This document shows positions 1-12,300 of a stretch of 37,242 nt of DNA, piece after piece. The position numbers and the translations under genes were made by a program. Under the pieces are notes generated by a model that did no database searches, was not told the DNA's origin, and saw nothing but the letters and a program-made list of their open reading frames with translations. Every line of letters starts with the position of its first letter. The stretch's first letter is position 1. Source of the stretch: Thermoplasmatota archaeon (lineage in GTDB: Archaea > Thermoplasmatota > Poseidoniia > Poseidoniales > Poseidoniaceae); assembly GCA_036021875.1 (NCBI GenBank), contig JAYXVG010000001.1:1-37242 (forward strand), in the 5' to 3' direction.

Positions 1-1177
1 GGTTGATGGAATAATCACCATTCCACACTGTCGTGCCACCGTTCAATGTTATCAGGATTGAAGCATCCTCAGTGTGTAATGTTCCGGAACTATCGACCCA
101 TTCTGGCATGCGTAGGAACTTGCTTTTCTCAGGGTTATTATTCTCGCCCAAATCTACAACACCATTCTCATCTAGCATTAAATCACCACTTTTCCCTTCA
201 TATCCTAAACCTTCGTAGTGAACAGACGCTGCAGCGTCCTTCAGATTGGTTTCAATGACCCTCTGTGAGAGCAGCCGAATCCACATGTCTGTTGGACCGC
301 CTGTTCCGAGCATGGTGTTCGTATCATAATCAATGCTCGCCGAGTCATGAACAATAATATCCTCATATGTTCTGCTGTTATTGATATTACTGGTTTCTGC
401 ACTGAGGTGGCCCCCATCGAGGATATTGATTGGTGCGCTCCATGAAAGTGTGCTGTTTGCTATGGAACAGATGCCTCCACAACTAATCTGTGCGCCAGAA
501 AGCGTGCCACCGTTTGCAGAGAATTCACCGTCCACGGTCAGCATAAAGGAGGAATCAGTGCTCTCGCTTTTCAAAACCCCATTGTTATGGTTCCAGTTAT
601 CTGCATCAAGTGTGTAAATTGCTCCATTACTGTCAAAGGCTTGTATCGAATCAACCCAAACCATGTATAGCCAAAATCCAGAAAAATTAACGCTCACAGG
701 ACTGTCGGAAAATTCTATGCTGTAGTCTATGTAATCTTGTCCCGTCCATTCTTCGGTAATACCACTAACTTCAACCTCTACATTCATCGAGGAGTAATAG
801 TCTTGGGCAAAATTTACTCTTAGCGTGCCTGAATCTGATAATCCACTAAAATATGGTTGCAAAATAGTGTTATTGTAAACCTCCATGTATATCTCGCTTA
901 TCGATTGAGCTAGATTGAGTTGTCCATTTAGTATTAGGATACCGCCATCCTCGACCGTGATACTACTTCCAGTATCGACACTTATCGTGCTGTCGATAGT
1001 TAATACTCCCCCGTCGGTAACTGTCACATCACCGTTCAGAGTAGAGTCACTCGACCAGGTTTCTGAGCTGTTTATTGTCTGACTGGAGCCGTCATCTTGG
1101 GCTTCAGCTCCAGCATTTGGAAATGTAAATCCGGCAGCCAGCATTAATAAAATAACAAACAGGGTTTTTCCACGCAT
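1..1177 (-). CDS. Secreted repeat protein, 5' part only (start codon at 1177, runs off the left edge); putative beta-helix/adhesin-like surface protein
   Basis: Not in the ORF track because no stop lies inside the window. I read the minus-strand frame (plus-strand triplets starting at 2,5,8...) from 1177 down to 2 and found no tta/cta/tca. It starts MRGKTLFVILLMLAAGFTFPNAGAEAQDD (Sec-type signal peptide). It continues QTINSSETWSSDSTLNGDVTVTDGGVLTIDSTISVDTGSSITVEDGGILILNG, the same N-terminal module as the 14344-18753 protein. Confidence 0.6.
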   Translation of the reverse strand, partial: MRGKTLFVILLMLAAGFTFPNAGAEAQDDGSSQTINSSETWSSDSTLNGDVTVTDGGVLTIDSTISVDTGSSITVEDGGILILNGQLNLAQSISEIYMEVYNNTILQPYFSGLSDSGTLRVNFAQDYYSSMNVEVEVSGITEEWTGQDYIDYSIEFSDSPVSVNFSGFWLYMVWVDSIQAFDSNGAIYTLDADNWNHNNGVLKSESTDSSFMLTVDGEFSANGGTLSGAQISCGGICSIANSTLSWSAPINILDGGHLSAETSNINNSRTYEDIIVHDSASIDYDTNTMLGTGGPTDMWIRLLSQRVIETNLKDAAASVHYEGLGYEGKSGDLMLDENGVVDLGENNNPEKSKFLRMPEWVDSSGTLHTEDASILITLNGGTTVWNGDYSIN

Positions 1178-1238
1178 GAAATATACTCATTGATAATGTC
1201 TATCAAACCTTTGGCGGCATAGGGTCATTGTATGGCGA

Positions 1239-1940
1239 TTAATATGGCACGTCTTTCCACCCGATATAATATCCAATAAGGTTGAATGACCTGTGTAATA
1301 TCGGGGTAAAGATAACCATAATAATCATCGGAAAAATTAATTCTTTTTGTGAAAGAAGTGAGTCGCCAAGAAATAGTTGTCCCCATAGAAATACCATAAT
1401 TGCAAATGGAAGTGTATCAAGCAGTGGGGCTTTTGACGAAATATTTCCCTCCCTTTTCATTCCCCTTCGACGTTTAAAAAACGAGCCAGTACTATCGCCA
1501 ACCAGACATGCAAATCCTAGGAAAGTTCCAAGTATGAAAGCAGCAATGTAAGGCGATCCAATATCAAACCAAGACCCTTCATAGCCCGTAAGTGGGTGCG
1601 CAAAGATGGCAGACTGTATGTTACTTGAGTTTGGTGCATCACCCATAATGGCGACGATAAGAACACACAGCAATCCTGAAGTTAATGAACCACCAATAAG
1701 GCCATTCCAGGTTTTTCCATCACCTAACAACCTATTACCATCCCGCCAATTCCTACCGCCATCTATCGGCCAAGGCCCATATCCAGTTTTTGGCAACCAC
1801 TTGCCCCACATCATGGCAAATGTATTAGCAAGGAAACCAGGTAAGTAAAGCCAGAGTGTAAGAAGGCTGAGAGAAAGAATACCCATGTCTAGAGCCACCT
1901 CGTTAACGCTTTGCATAGATTTGCGTTTAATTGAAAGCAT
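1239..1940 (-). CDS. carS: CDP-archaeol synthase (CDP-2,3-bis-O-geranylgeranyl-sn-glycerol synthase), polytopic membrane protein
   Basis: Matches the CarS/DUF46 family signature as I recall it from A. fulgidus CarS: LPGFLANTFAMMWG...PIDGGRNWRDGNRLLGDGKTWNGLIGG, GDSTGSFFKRRRGMKRE, PLLDTLPF, and C-terminal TPILHRSFNLIGYYIGWKDVPY. The start may be an internal Met (M9 at 1916 or M19). Confidence 0.88.
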   Translation of the reverse strand: MLSIKRKSMQSVNEVALDMGILSLSLLTLWLYLPGFLANTFAMMWGKWLPKTGYGPWPIDGGRNWRDGNRLLGDGKTWNGLIGGSLTSGLLCVLIVAIMGDAPNSSNIQSAIFAHPLTGYEGSWFDIGSPYIAAFILGTFLGFACLVGDSTGSFFKRRRGMKREGNISSKAPLLDTLPFAIMVFLWGQLFLGDSLLSQKELIFPMIIMVIFTPILHRSFNLIGYYIGWKDVPY

Positions 1941-2011
1941 TTAACATTTGATAAGATTTAATTTGATTTTTGGTAAAATAGATTATCAATCGCGTGGTTT
2001 AAGATTCCTCC

Positions 2012-3283
2012 ATGGGCAAGAGTAGAGTTTTGGTGATTGGAGGAGGTGGGAGAGAGCATGCTCTGTGCTTGGGACTAAATAAATCGAATAAGGTCGGAAA
2101 AATCTTTTGCAGCCCCGGCAACGCTGGAACTGCAATGATTGCTGACAATGTTGATCTGGATATAACAAATAACTCGATAATCACAAAATATTGCCTTGAA
2201 AAATCAATAGATTTAGTGATTGTAGGGCCAGAGGCGCCGCTATGCAACTCATTAGCAGACACTTTGAGCGAATCAGGAATACCATGTTTTGGGCCAGTGG
2301 GTCAACTAGCCAATCTAGAGGGATCTAAACTACATGCAAAAACAATCATGCAACACGTTGGCGTTCCCACAGCAGAATTCGTTATACTTGACTCTGGATC
2401 AGATATTGAGTCGGCTTTAGAATCCTATCAATCAAATCCCTGGGTGATTAAACGCGATGTTTTAGCGGGTGGAAAAGGAGTCGTAGTAACTTCAGACTAT
2501 GAAGAAGCGAAATCATTCATCCTAGAATCTATAGCATCAGATGGTAAAGTTCTGCTTGAGGAGTTTCTGCCGGGAGAGGAAGCCAGTATGTTGGTCATAA
2601 TGGATGGTTCCGATTACGTTTGCTTACCGCCGAGCCAAGATCACAAGCGTGCTTTTGATGGTGATGTTGGGCCTAATACTGGTGGCATGGGTGCTTATTG
2701 TCCTGCTCCTGTAGTCACTCCTGAGGTCCACAATTTGGTTGACAACAGAATTGTCAAACCAATGTTTGATTATTTATCTAACTTAGATGTTCCATACCGA
2801 GGTGTTCTGTATGTTGGGCTTATGATAACCGAATCTGGCGAACCCAGTGTCGTAGAGTTCAATGTTCGCTTTGGCGACCCAGAGTGCCAAATTACCTTGC
2901 CATTGATTAAATCTGATTTGTACGATTTACTCAATTATTCGGCCAATGATAGGCTTGCGGAACTGGATGTAGAATTTTATCAAGCCCACGCTCTGACGAT
3001 AGTTCTTGCATCCGAGGGATATCCAACTAGACCGGAAAAAAATAGGCAAATTTCTGGATTAGAATTTGATGCACCAGTGATTGATATAGGGCAAAGTTGG
3101 GTGAATTTCGCCGGCGTAAAAAAGGTTGATGGAATACCGCTGTCCAGTGGTGGCAGAGTATTGTCATGTAGCGCCATGGCAGAAACACTGGAAATCGCGT
3201 CAAAAATTGCTTATGAATTGATTGAATCAATAAATTTAGAGGGTAGTTTTTATCGTTCTGATATCGGTAACAAAGCCCTCTAA
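2012..3283 (+). CDS. purD: Phosphoribosylamine--glycine ligase (GAR synthetase)
   Basis: 423 aa. N-terminus RVLVIGGGGREHAL, ATP-grasp core (KRDVLAGGKGVVV, DHKRAFDGDVGPNTGGMGAY, YVGLMITESGEPSVVEFNVRFGDPE) and C-terminal SGGRVL; typical PurD length. Confidence 0.93.
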   Translation: MGKSRVLVIGGGGREHALCLGLNKSNKVGKIFCSPGNAGTAMIADNVDLDITNNSIITKYCLEKSIDLVIVGPEAPLCNSLADTLSESGIPCFGPVGQLANLEGSKLHAKTIMQHVGVPTAEFVILDSGSDIESALESYQSNPWVIKRDVLAGGKGVVVTSDYEEAKSFILESIASDGKVLLEEFLPGEEASMLVIMDGSDYVCLPPSQDHKRAFDGDVGPNTGGMGAYCPAPVVTPEVHNLVDNRIVKPMFDYLSNLDVPYRGVLYVGLMITESGEPSVVEFNVRFGDPECQITLPLIKSDLYDLLNYSANDRLAELDVEFYQAHALTIVLASEGYPTRPEKNRQISGLEFDAPVIDIGQSWVNFAGVKKVDGIPLSSGGRVLSCSAMAETLEIASKIAYELIESINLEGSFYRSDIGNKAL

Positions 3284-3333
3284 TTAAACAGCTATAAATC
3301 AATGGCTAAAACGCATACTGCGGGAATATCTCC

Positions 3334-3341
3334 TTATATAT
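3334..3341 (+). promoter_or_regulatory. Candidate archaeal TATA box (TTATATAT) upstream of the giant aglB-fusion ORF
   Basis: ttatatat sits about 30 nt upstream of the GTG at 3371 in the only non-coding stretch between purD and the giant ORF. That spacing fits a very short or absent leader. By eye only. Confidence 0.3.
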
Positions 3342-3370
3342 GGTGCGTCACTGTTAAAAGAGGTTCTTGA

Positions 3371-6300
3371 GTGGCCAACCTGCTCCAGCCTTTAGGCTGT
3401 CGCGAAATACCGATGAGGGAAATAAAAATGGAAGAGAAAACATTGACACTGCGAAACTCTCCAGCACCAATGCTAGGATGGCTAATTGCCCCCCTTGCAG
3501 TAATGCTGGCAATCGCTGCAATAATGGTCGCAGGAATTGACTTCGACCTAGAACTGAACAACATGACACCTATGCTAGTAGTTGGCGTTGGTGCAATTTT
3601 GGGTATAACTCCAAGAGTGCTCAAGGAAACCGGTGCAGTAAAACTCTCTTCCTCTGCATTTTCCCTTGCCACACTCGGTGCTGTGCTGATCGGACATCAA
3701 GCAATAATACACCTAACAGACTTTGGCGCCTTTACTGCTTTACAATTCTTAGTAGTTGCTTTTGGGGTGTTTTTCTTTGATTCCCGCGGTCGGCATGAAA
3801 TCGCCACGATACTTACTTTTGCAATGATGGGTATCAATGTCGGAATGGTTGCAGTGGGCCACTATAATGACATTTTAGACCCAAATTACAAAATTGGAGA
3901 TACACTTATCCCGCAAGCGCTTGACTTCCAACGCCAAGCACTGGGTTACGTTTTCTTCAGTTATCTGACGATTTTTATCGGATTGGGTCTACTACTATCT
4001 GTTGCGCTAAGAGGAATAATCAACCCAGAGACAAGTGAAGGATGGTTTGGCAAAATCTCGCCGGTTAATGGGGGCTACAATACCGCCACTTTACCCCTTC
4101 AAATAGCAACTCTGGCTTGGATATTGGCACATGTTGGCAGCCTGTATCATTTTGAATCAGTCTCAATGGCCGACAAACTGGGTATATTCTACGAAGAGGG
4201 ATATCACGGTCACTTTGGATTCTGGGGAGCATTTTTCACCGGTGTCGTAGCGATGATTGTTGCTGGCATGGCATCAGAGCGCTGGTATACTCGCTCGATG
4301 TTTATTGGTTCAATGTGGTTGCTTTACCTCGTATCATCATGGTATGAGTCTGGCATGTGGGAGGCAGAGCAGTTAGAAGGCACCTGGGGTGCTCTGATTT
4401 GGCTCGGATTCACTTTCTTCCTTTGTGTCGGTATTTACATGATATCAACGCATGAAAAGTATGGTGGTTGGTCTAACTTAGACGACCATGAAATAAGCGG
4501 CGCTCGAAAGTTCTGGAATGAACACTGGTCCAGCCTAATGGTGGGTGCTGCTTTCTTTTTCGCATTGGTTATCAGAGTTCAATGGTATATCATACCTTCA
4601 ATGAATGCCTTTGGAACTGGAACTTGGGATATGACAGGCGGATCAGACCCGTGGTACATGAAACGTATCGTAGACTACATTCTAGCAAATAATGCACACT
4701 TGATTTTTGACGCAGATAGGTCCTACCCGCTGGGTGGAGTTAATCCAAGACCGCCGCTATTCACATGGTCGATAGCACTGGTTTCCATGCTTTTGGAACC
4801 GATGCTCGGTGAAGATGCAATTTGGTATGCCATACTGGGCTTACCAGCTATTTTTGGTGCATTGACAGTATTCCCTATCGCAGCGATAGCAAAGGATAAT
4901 TTCGGCAAATCCACTGGTGTGGTGGCTGCTTGGTTGATTGCATTCATGCCAGCGCACGTATCTCACTCCACATGGGCTCTTGCAGACCACGATGCGTTTG
5001 TTATGCTGTTTATTTCAATGGGCTTCATGTTTTGGTTCAAAGCAATCAAACATTCAGGCAATGAGCGGCTAACAAAATCAACGTCGCCAAGAATTTCCTC
5101 GATTTTGCGATCATTTTCAGTTGTTGCTACTGAAAAGCGAGCGGCTATGTCTTATGCTGTGCTTGCAGGTATTTCGTTTGGTGTAACCTCGCTGGCCTGG
5201 AAAGGATTTATTGTTGGTCCGAGCATCTTGTTCTTAGCATATTTCGTTCAGGTCGCGCTCAATATGTTTAGAAGAAAAGATTCTACCACAATCAACGCAT
5301 TGTTCTTGGCCATGCTATTCAGTAATCTGCTTATGGCGCTACCATTTTACGGTCATCCACAATTAGCTTTAGTTCTGGATGGTACTGGCTTGCAACCATT
5401 CTTGTTCGTGCTTGGTTTTACCTTAGCGATATCCTATGTCACAACAGGATTCCGCGACAAACCATGGTTGTTGGTTCTCGGAACACTATTTGCATCTGCT
5501 ATGGTCTTTTTCACCATCTTGTTCGTGCTAAAGCAACTCGAAATTAGCAATGCATGGGATGTTTTGTTTACCGGTAGTGGATATTTCACCAAGACGAAAA
5601 TTTTCGGTACTGTCGCTGAAGCAAATGCACCTGACAGAGGTCAATTATTTGCTCAACTAGGACCAATTGTGTTAGTTTTGGCCCTTACAATGGGATTCTA
5701 TTCAATTTACTCGACCTTCAGGAACAAAAACCAATCACATCTATTCTTTGGTATTTGGATTTTTACCGCAGGCTACATGTCATGGACAGCTGCGAGATTT
5801 ATGTTCAATGCAACCCCTGCAGTTGCGGTTCTCGGTGCGTGGGGAATCGTTGCACTCTGGGACAAAGCAAATTGGCGTGGGCTAGTTCGAACTTGGAAGA
5901 AATTTGGCATTAGGACTCCAGCAGACAGAATTGCTGGCGCAAGAAGAGCAGTTTGGAAGACCCCATCATTTTCTGCTATACTGCTGATTATTCTGCTATT
6001 GGGTGGTCAGCAGTTCACCTATGGTTTAGATTCAGCTATACCAGGAACAGACCGGTCAGAAAATGAGTTGGATGAGGATATCTACAACTTAATCCCAGAC
6101 GCACTAAGGTGGGAGCTCGCAGGTTTCTCAGTTCTAGATAGCAGTGCTTACACAGGAAACTGGTATCTTGGATCTTTCGGCTCTGGATTTAATGACGAAG
6201 GCTGGAATAAAGCATATGATTGGTTGTCTCAACAAGATACTGAAATGCCGTATTCCCAACGTCCTGCCTTTGTATCTTGGTGGGATTATGGTTTCCAAGC

Positions 6301-9300
6301 ACTCGATACTGGAGAACACCCATCAGTTTCAGATAACTTCCAGTCTGGGATTCCAGCAACTGGAAATATGTTGTTGGCAAGATCTCAAACGGATTTAGTC
6401 TCAATGTTCATATGGCAACTTGCCACAGGCGACCTTCGCTACAATCAGATTAACACTGGAGACTACCAGTTGACAAATGGGTTTAGTAACAAAGTGGCAA
6501 ATTCAGGTTTGTCTACAGAGCAAATAGACCTATTCAACACAATTCAAGAGAGTCAAGATTTTGATGAAATGAAGCAACTAATCGATGATTATGCGTTTAC
6601 TGTAATTCAAACAAATGAGGCATCTCAAGTCCAGCAAAATAGCGTTAACATGATGGCCACAGGACATCACAGAGTAAACGGAATCGCTGATACTGATACC
6701 ACATACTACAGGTTGTATCAGGACAGTGAGAGAATTATTTGTGACCCAGAGGTTTCAACATCGTGTGTTGATGGTGACTGGGAAGATTATGAAGAGGCTA
6801 ATCAAACATTCAATAACAACGTCAGATCGGGCCAAGAAACCAATTATGATACAACACACTACATCTTTGGAGACTACTTCTACACTAATGACCTAAGAGA
6901 CGAATTTGATTCTGTTTCAACACACATACACCGCCATAACACAAGGTTAGCAATGACAGTTCAGTTACTAAACGACATAATGACTAGCTCTGAAATAGTA
7001 GACTTTTATGATGACTTAATTGGTATGGAATCATATTACAGTGTTCAAGATTATGATGGTTTGCCAGGTGACATGATATCTAGGGATCACGAAATTCGCT
7101 ATTTCGCCATTGATAACAGGCTTTACCCCAAGGCAGGACGTTATACTGCAGACTATGACTATAACTTCGGTCAGCCTATGGGGATATTCGGGGCTCCAAC
7201 AATTCTCAGCGGTCAAGACATTTCCACATTCATGGGTGAGGTATACGAGACCTCACGTGGTGATAGGAACTTTGAGATGACCAGAGAAGAAGTTGACGAG
7301 TCAATGACCAATGATTTCTTAGATCAGCAAGCCGGTCTTGACATAGACCCACTTCAGGTACAGGACGTAAGAGTAGATCATCATCCTGAATTCTTTGAAA
7401 CCATGTTGGCCAGAACCTATGTTGGATATGGTGCATCATCCCTTGGAATTGATACCGCATTTTCTAATCCACAACCCGCTCAGAGATTTGACCAAGGAGG
7501 TAGTCCAAACTCTATCCTTCAGAATGCACCACCGCTACCAGGGGCAATGATGAATCACTTTGTTATAGCAAACTGGTATGATGAAGACAGCAACAGCACA
7601 TTCGATGCTAATGCTAGGGTTAAGATTGTAAAATACTACTCTGGTGCTGAGGTTACCGGTAGTGTCTCAATGAGCGACAACGGCGAGCCCCTGCCGGGAG
7701 TTCGATTGTTAATTGAGCGAGATGCTTTCTCAGGCGAGGATGAAATCGATACTGACGAATCAACATACTGGATTCCAATTGGATTTACTGACGCTGACGA
7801 AAATGGCGAATGGTCTTTCCTGGCACCTGCAGGTAAAATCAGAGTCTCAGCATTTGTTGGAACCTATGACCCAGAGCCAGCAAGAGCAACATTCAATGAC
7901 GGTAGTTATGCCCAACTTCTCAGCAGTGATTTGACCTCTGAAACAACTGAAGACCGACAAATAAATGCCATCACTGCAATTCTTGGTAATGTAGCAAATA
8001 TGACTTGGTTGGGTGAGACTCACTACAACGTGACAGGTGAACAAGCTAACAGAACCGAAGCATTCACTGAAACAATGGATATCGAAGTTGACAGTAGTGG
8101 AATCTCCGGCCAATTAACATGGGTTGGTGATGATTTATTCAATGGCCAACCAATTGTTGACACAACATTGGTCCTCCGCAACATACACGAAACATCAGAC
8201 AATGTGACACTAGTAACAACCAACGGCTCCTTCAGCACTGATGAAACCAGAATTATACAAGGTACAGGTCAAGCAATCTTTACCGAAAACGGCACTTTTG
8301 AAAGTGAAGGTTTAGCCTCGGTCTTTGACTTCCACGGAACATTCACCAGAACAATTAGCGATGGTAGAACATATGTCGCAAACGGTACTTGGAACGGAAC
8401 AGGGGATATCAAAGCATCATGGATTAACCTATCCAGTGACTTTGACATAGACTGTAATGTTGATGAGAACAATTCAGCAAACATCACCATGCCGGTCAAT
8501 CAAACCATTTGTTTGAAAGATGACACTGGCGACTTACCTGTTTACATGTTGGATGGTGAAATTGTTGCAAATGGAAGATTTACTTCACTTGGTGATACAA
8601 TTCTTGTCCAGGAGCATGACGGTGCATCTTTCGAGGGGATTGGTTTCTATGAAGGGACTGGTACTTTCAATGGCACAGGTCGCTTTGTCGGATCTGGGAC
8701 ATTTTCAGGAGAGATGGTCAATCCTGGGTCATTCTACCAGACAGGCATGGTTCCTGGTGAGTATGAAGCCTATGCTAGATTAGACAATGGTAGAGAAGTC
8801 TTACTTCCAGAAACAGTATCTGTGGGGATAAATAATGAATTTGGCTTGACTCTAAGCATGCCTGGCTCACTAATCATCGGAAACCTGACTAACACAACAG
8901 GCGGCGTATTATCCAACACATCATTCGAAATAATTGATACCCTGACTGAAGATTCGCAGCCGATAACAGTTACCAGTAACGAGACTGGTGGCTACAAATA
9001 CGGCCCTGTTTCATCGGGTGAGTATGAATATAGAATCGACTTAGATTCGGACGGATTCTATGAGGTCTCTGGAGAGCTGTTTGTGGGAGATGAGACTGAG
9101 CTATTGGAACCTCTGGGACTAATTCCCGACATGTATGACATCACAGTTACTCTGGTATCTCCACAAGATGATAACGGTCAAAATCTGGTTGAAACCAATC
9201 TACAAAACTTTACACTAACAAATGAGATTGGCGTCGTTGAAACGTATGAGTCGTCAGCAGAAGGAACAATCAACATGGAATTAAATGTCGGAACCTATAC

Positions 9301-12300
9301 TATCGAGCAGGTTGGTCTTGACGATTATTACCTGTATTCTTCGTTCACTATCTCAGATGAAGATTTGTCAATCGATATTGATTATTCTCCGGCTTCTACA
9401 ATAAGCGGAACGATACTGGCATATACAGTAGAGTTCGATGAGAATTGGACTGCAGATGATATCGCAGCGAACACTACAAATGCACAAAACCTCGATGTTA
9501 ACTTCGTCTCTGGTGATGTTATATTTGCAACTGTTACTGATAGTGAAGGTAACTTCACAATCGTTGTTCCAGGAGACCTAGACTATGTAATGAAGGCGGC
9601 AACAACAGCAAATACCTACGGTGTAGGTTTAGTTGTCGAGCCTAATTCTGCTGCAGATTTCAATCTTGGTGAGGTATATTTACAGCGTTTGTATACCATT
9701 TCAGGAACACTAATACTGACTAACACAAACAGCACATGGAATGGTCTAGATTATCGTGGTGTTTCCCCAACAATAGTTGCTACTGACTCTAATAATGTCG
9801 ATTGGGAAGCCGAAGTAACCAGTTCAGGGACCTTTGTTCTTAACTTGGCAAGTGGTGTGTATGATTTTGCTGCATCAGAATCGGAATACAATATTTCTAG
9901 TCTTGAAGGGAAGGAAATATCTAACACCATCCAAAGTAACACTGTCGAACTAAAATCTACCCTCGAGCCGACATCATTTGATATCTCGGTTTGTTTAGTA
10001 TCAGATAAGAATGGAAACTGCGAAACTGGAATACCAAAATATGCAAATATTGAACTCATTTCAAGTTCAAACAGCAGTGTTGTCTATGAACTAAGTGAAG
10101 CAGACTTTGACGAATTTGGAATGACCAGTGTTGAGGTTCTGCCTGGAGTATACACAATCCAGACCAACTACACTGAAGCTGGCGACCAAAATGCAACAGA
10201 TTTCAACATGTTCTTTACCACGCAAGAGATTTTTGTTAGTATGTTTGAGGAAGATAATGTAGAATTCTTCATCGAACTTAATGATGAAAGATTGTTCAAC
10301 GGTAAATTAACAGCAGGTGCAGATAACTTCTCAAACGTTCAATTCTTGTTGTATAATGAATCAAATAATCAATGGCTATCGGCAGTTACCGATAACTTTG
10401 GTAACTTTAACGAGTATATTCCTTCTGGCGATTGGTTGATAATAGTATCTCCACAAGAGATAGAAAACACAACCTATACTCTTAGACATCCAATCACCAT
10501 TGACGATGATTTGTCTGTCAGAACAGACATTTCACTAGCGCTATTTGAAGCAGTAAATGTCAATATGACCCTCATTGAATCAATGACCGATAATTTTGTT
10601 GACAATGCCCGAGTTATTGCAGTCAGTAATGATGGTTATGGCAATGTCACACTGGGTGCGAGTAACCTCTCTGGTTACGTCTCCGATACAATTATGCCTG
10701 GTAGTTGGACACTTACTCTAACTAAAGAGACAAGTGATAAGAAATGGACTATTCAGCAAGATGATTATGTCTTTGACGCAACTCAAGAAGGTGATGTAAA
10801 TCTTGGTGAAGTAATGATTGATCTTGAAGTTCTTATTGGCGGAAAAATTTTCTGGGACTTTAACGAAAATGGTGTAGTAGATATCACAGAGACAATAGAA
10901 AACGCATCAGTAACAATCTCTTCATCTGATGAAATGACAACCTATGACGTAGCCACTGATGCATTTGGTGTCTGGTCGCAAATGGTACCGATTATGGATA
11001 CATACAATGTTACTGTCGAGAAGTCAGGATACTCTACAGGATATTATCTAACAAACGAAACTGATGGACTGATAATCGAAAGTGACTCCGTAACTGAAGA
11101 TTTGTCGATAGTTGCCGACAATGTGTTAGTTAGCGGAGTTGTAACCTCGGTAATGCAAGACCAAGCAGCAAGCCTTACAGACTCGACGATTACGCTATAT
11201 CCTGAATCAGGCAGGGATACCTCGCCAATCGATGTTGTAGGCACATATTCTAACGGTGAACTTGTCTGGACAGCAAATGTAGAGCCAGGAAACTGGATTG
11301 TAGTTGTTGAGAGCACTATCAAAGATGAAAACACTGGCGGTATATCGATAGGATACATTAATGCTGGAGTCGAAGAAGGTGGAGAACTTGAGATGGTTAT
11401 GTCATCTGGTGGATATTTACACTTAGACACTACATGGCAAGATATAGAATTAAACCAACATCATGCTGGTAGTTCAAGCTCTGGCATTGGTATGTTGACC
11501 GACGATGTCCAAGTAACCATTGATACCGGACTTGATGCCGCTTGGAATTATACTGTTGAAACAGACGGAAGCCTTGAATTATTACTTCCAGTCGGTGATT
11601 TCCAGTTGTCATCAGAATTCACAACGATTCAACATGATAGACTACTTGAAATGGATTACTCAGGTAATTCATTTGGTGTGGTAGAGCAAGGAATAATTGA
11701 CGTCACTATGTCTTATACAAGGGCGCTGAATTCGGCAGCAAGTGTTTCAGTCAACCAATCCTCAATAACCAATGCAACATTAATTGAAACCACTATGTTA
11801 ACGCCAATAATCAATGAGTCAGGCTATGATGTTATCGAATTTGATCTGGATATAGTCTATGAAGGAACTGAAACGAGTGATGTCTTGACTATAGGTGGCT
11901 CAACTTTGAGCTCAGCAGATTCTGAGGATTGGAATGTGGAAGTCTTGGACGGTGAAAACTGGACAAACTCAAGAGAAATTACTCTGGGAATCGGAGAATC
12001 AATCGAAGATGATACCGTATCGAACAGCACCACGGTTAAGATGAGAATCACTTTACCGAATGTCAATTCATCGCTGAGCCTGGACAACGGTCACCTAGTG
12101 AAAGTAGAGGTGTCCAGTGAATCCGGAGTATCAGGTAAAACAGAACTTAGAGTCAAGGTTCCACAATATTACGGAATGGAGATAAGCAATGCTGTGACTG
12201 AAACAGGTGTTTCACCAGGTGGTAGTGGTTCATTTTCATTTACTCTGACAAATACAGGCAATGGTGATGACACTTATAGTATCGAACTTGCAGACAACCT

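Noticed and set aside
33-617. Three small plus-strand ORFs at the left edge (33-218, 46-258, 381-617)
   Set aside because: They lie antisense to a 392-codon open minus-strand frame that has a convincing signal peptide and a paralog elsewhere in the window. They have no motifs or SD.
1282-1848. Plus-strand ORFs 1282-1551 and 1606-1848
   Set aside because: They lie antisense within carS, whose product matches the CarS family along its full length. They are shadow ORFs.
3334-3672. 112-aa and 71-aa minus-strand ORFs overlapping the start of the giant gene
   Set aside because: They are antisense to hydrophobic-helix coding sequence, which typically yields open antisense frames. They have no SD or motif and would collide with the only promoter-like spacer.
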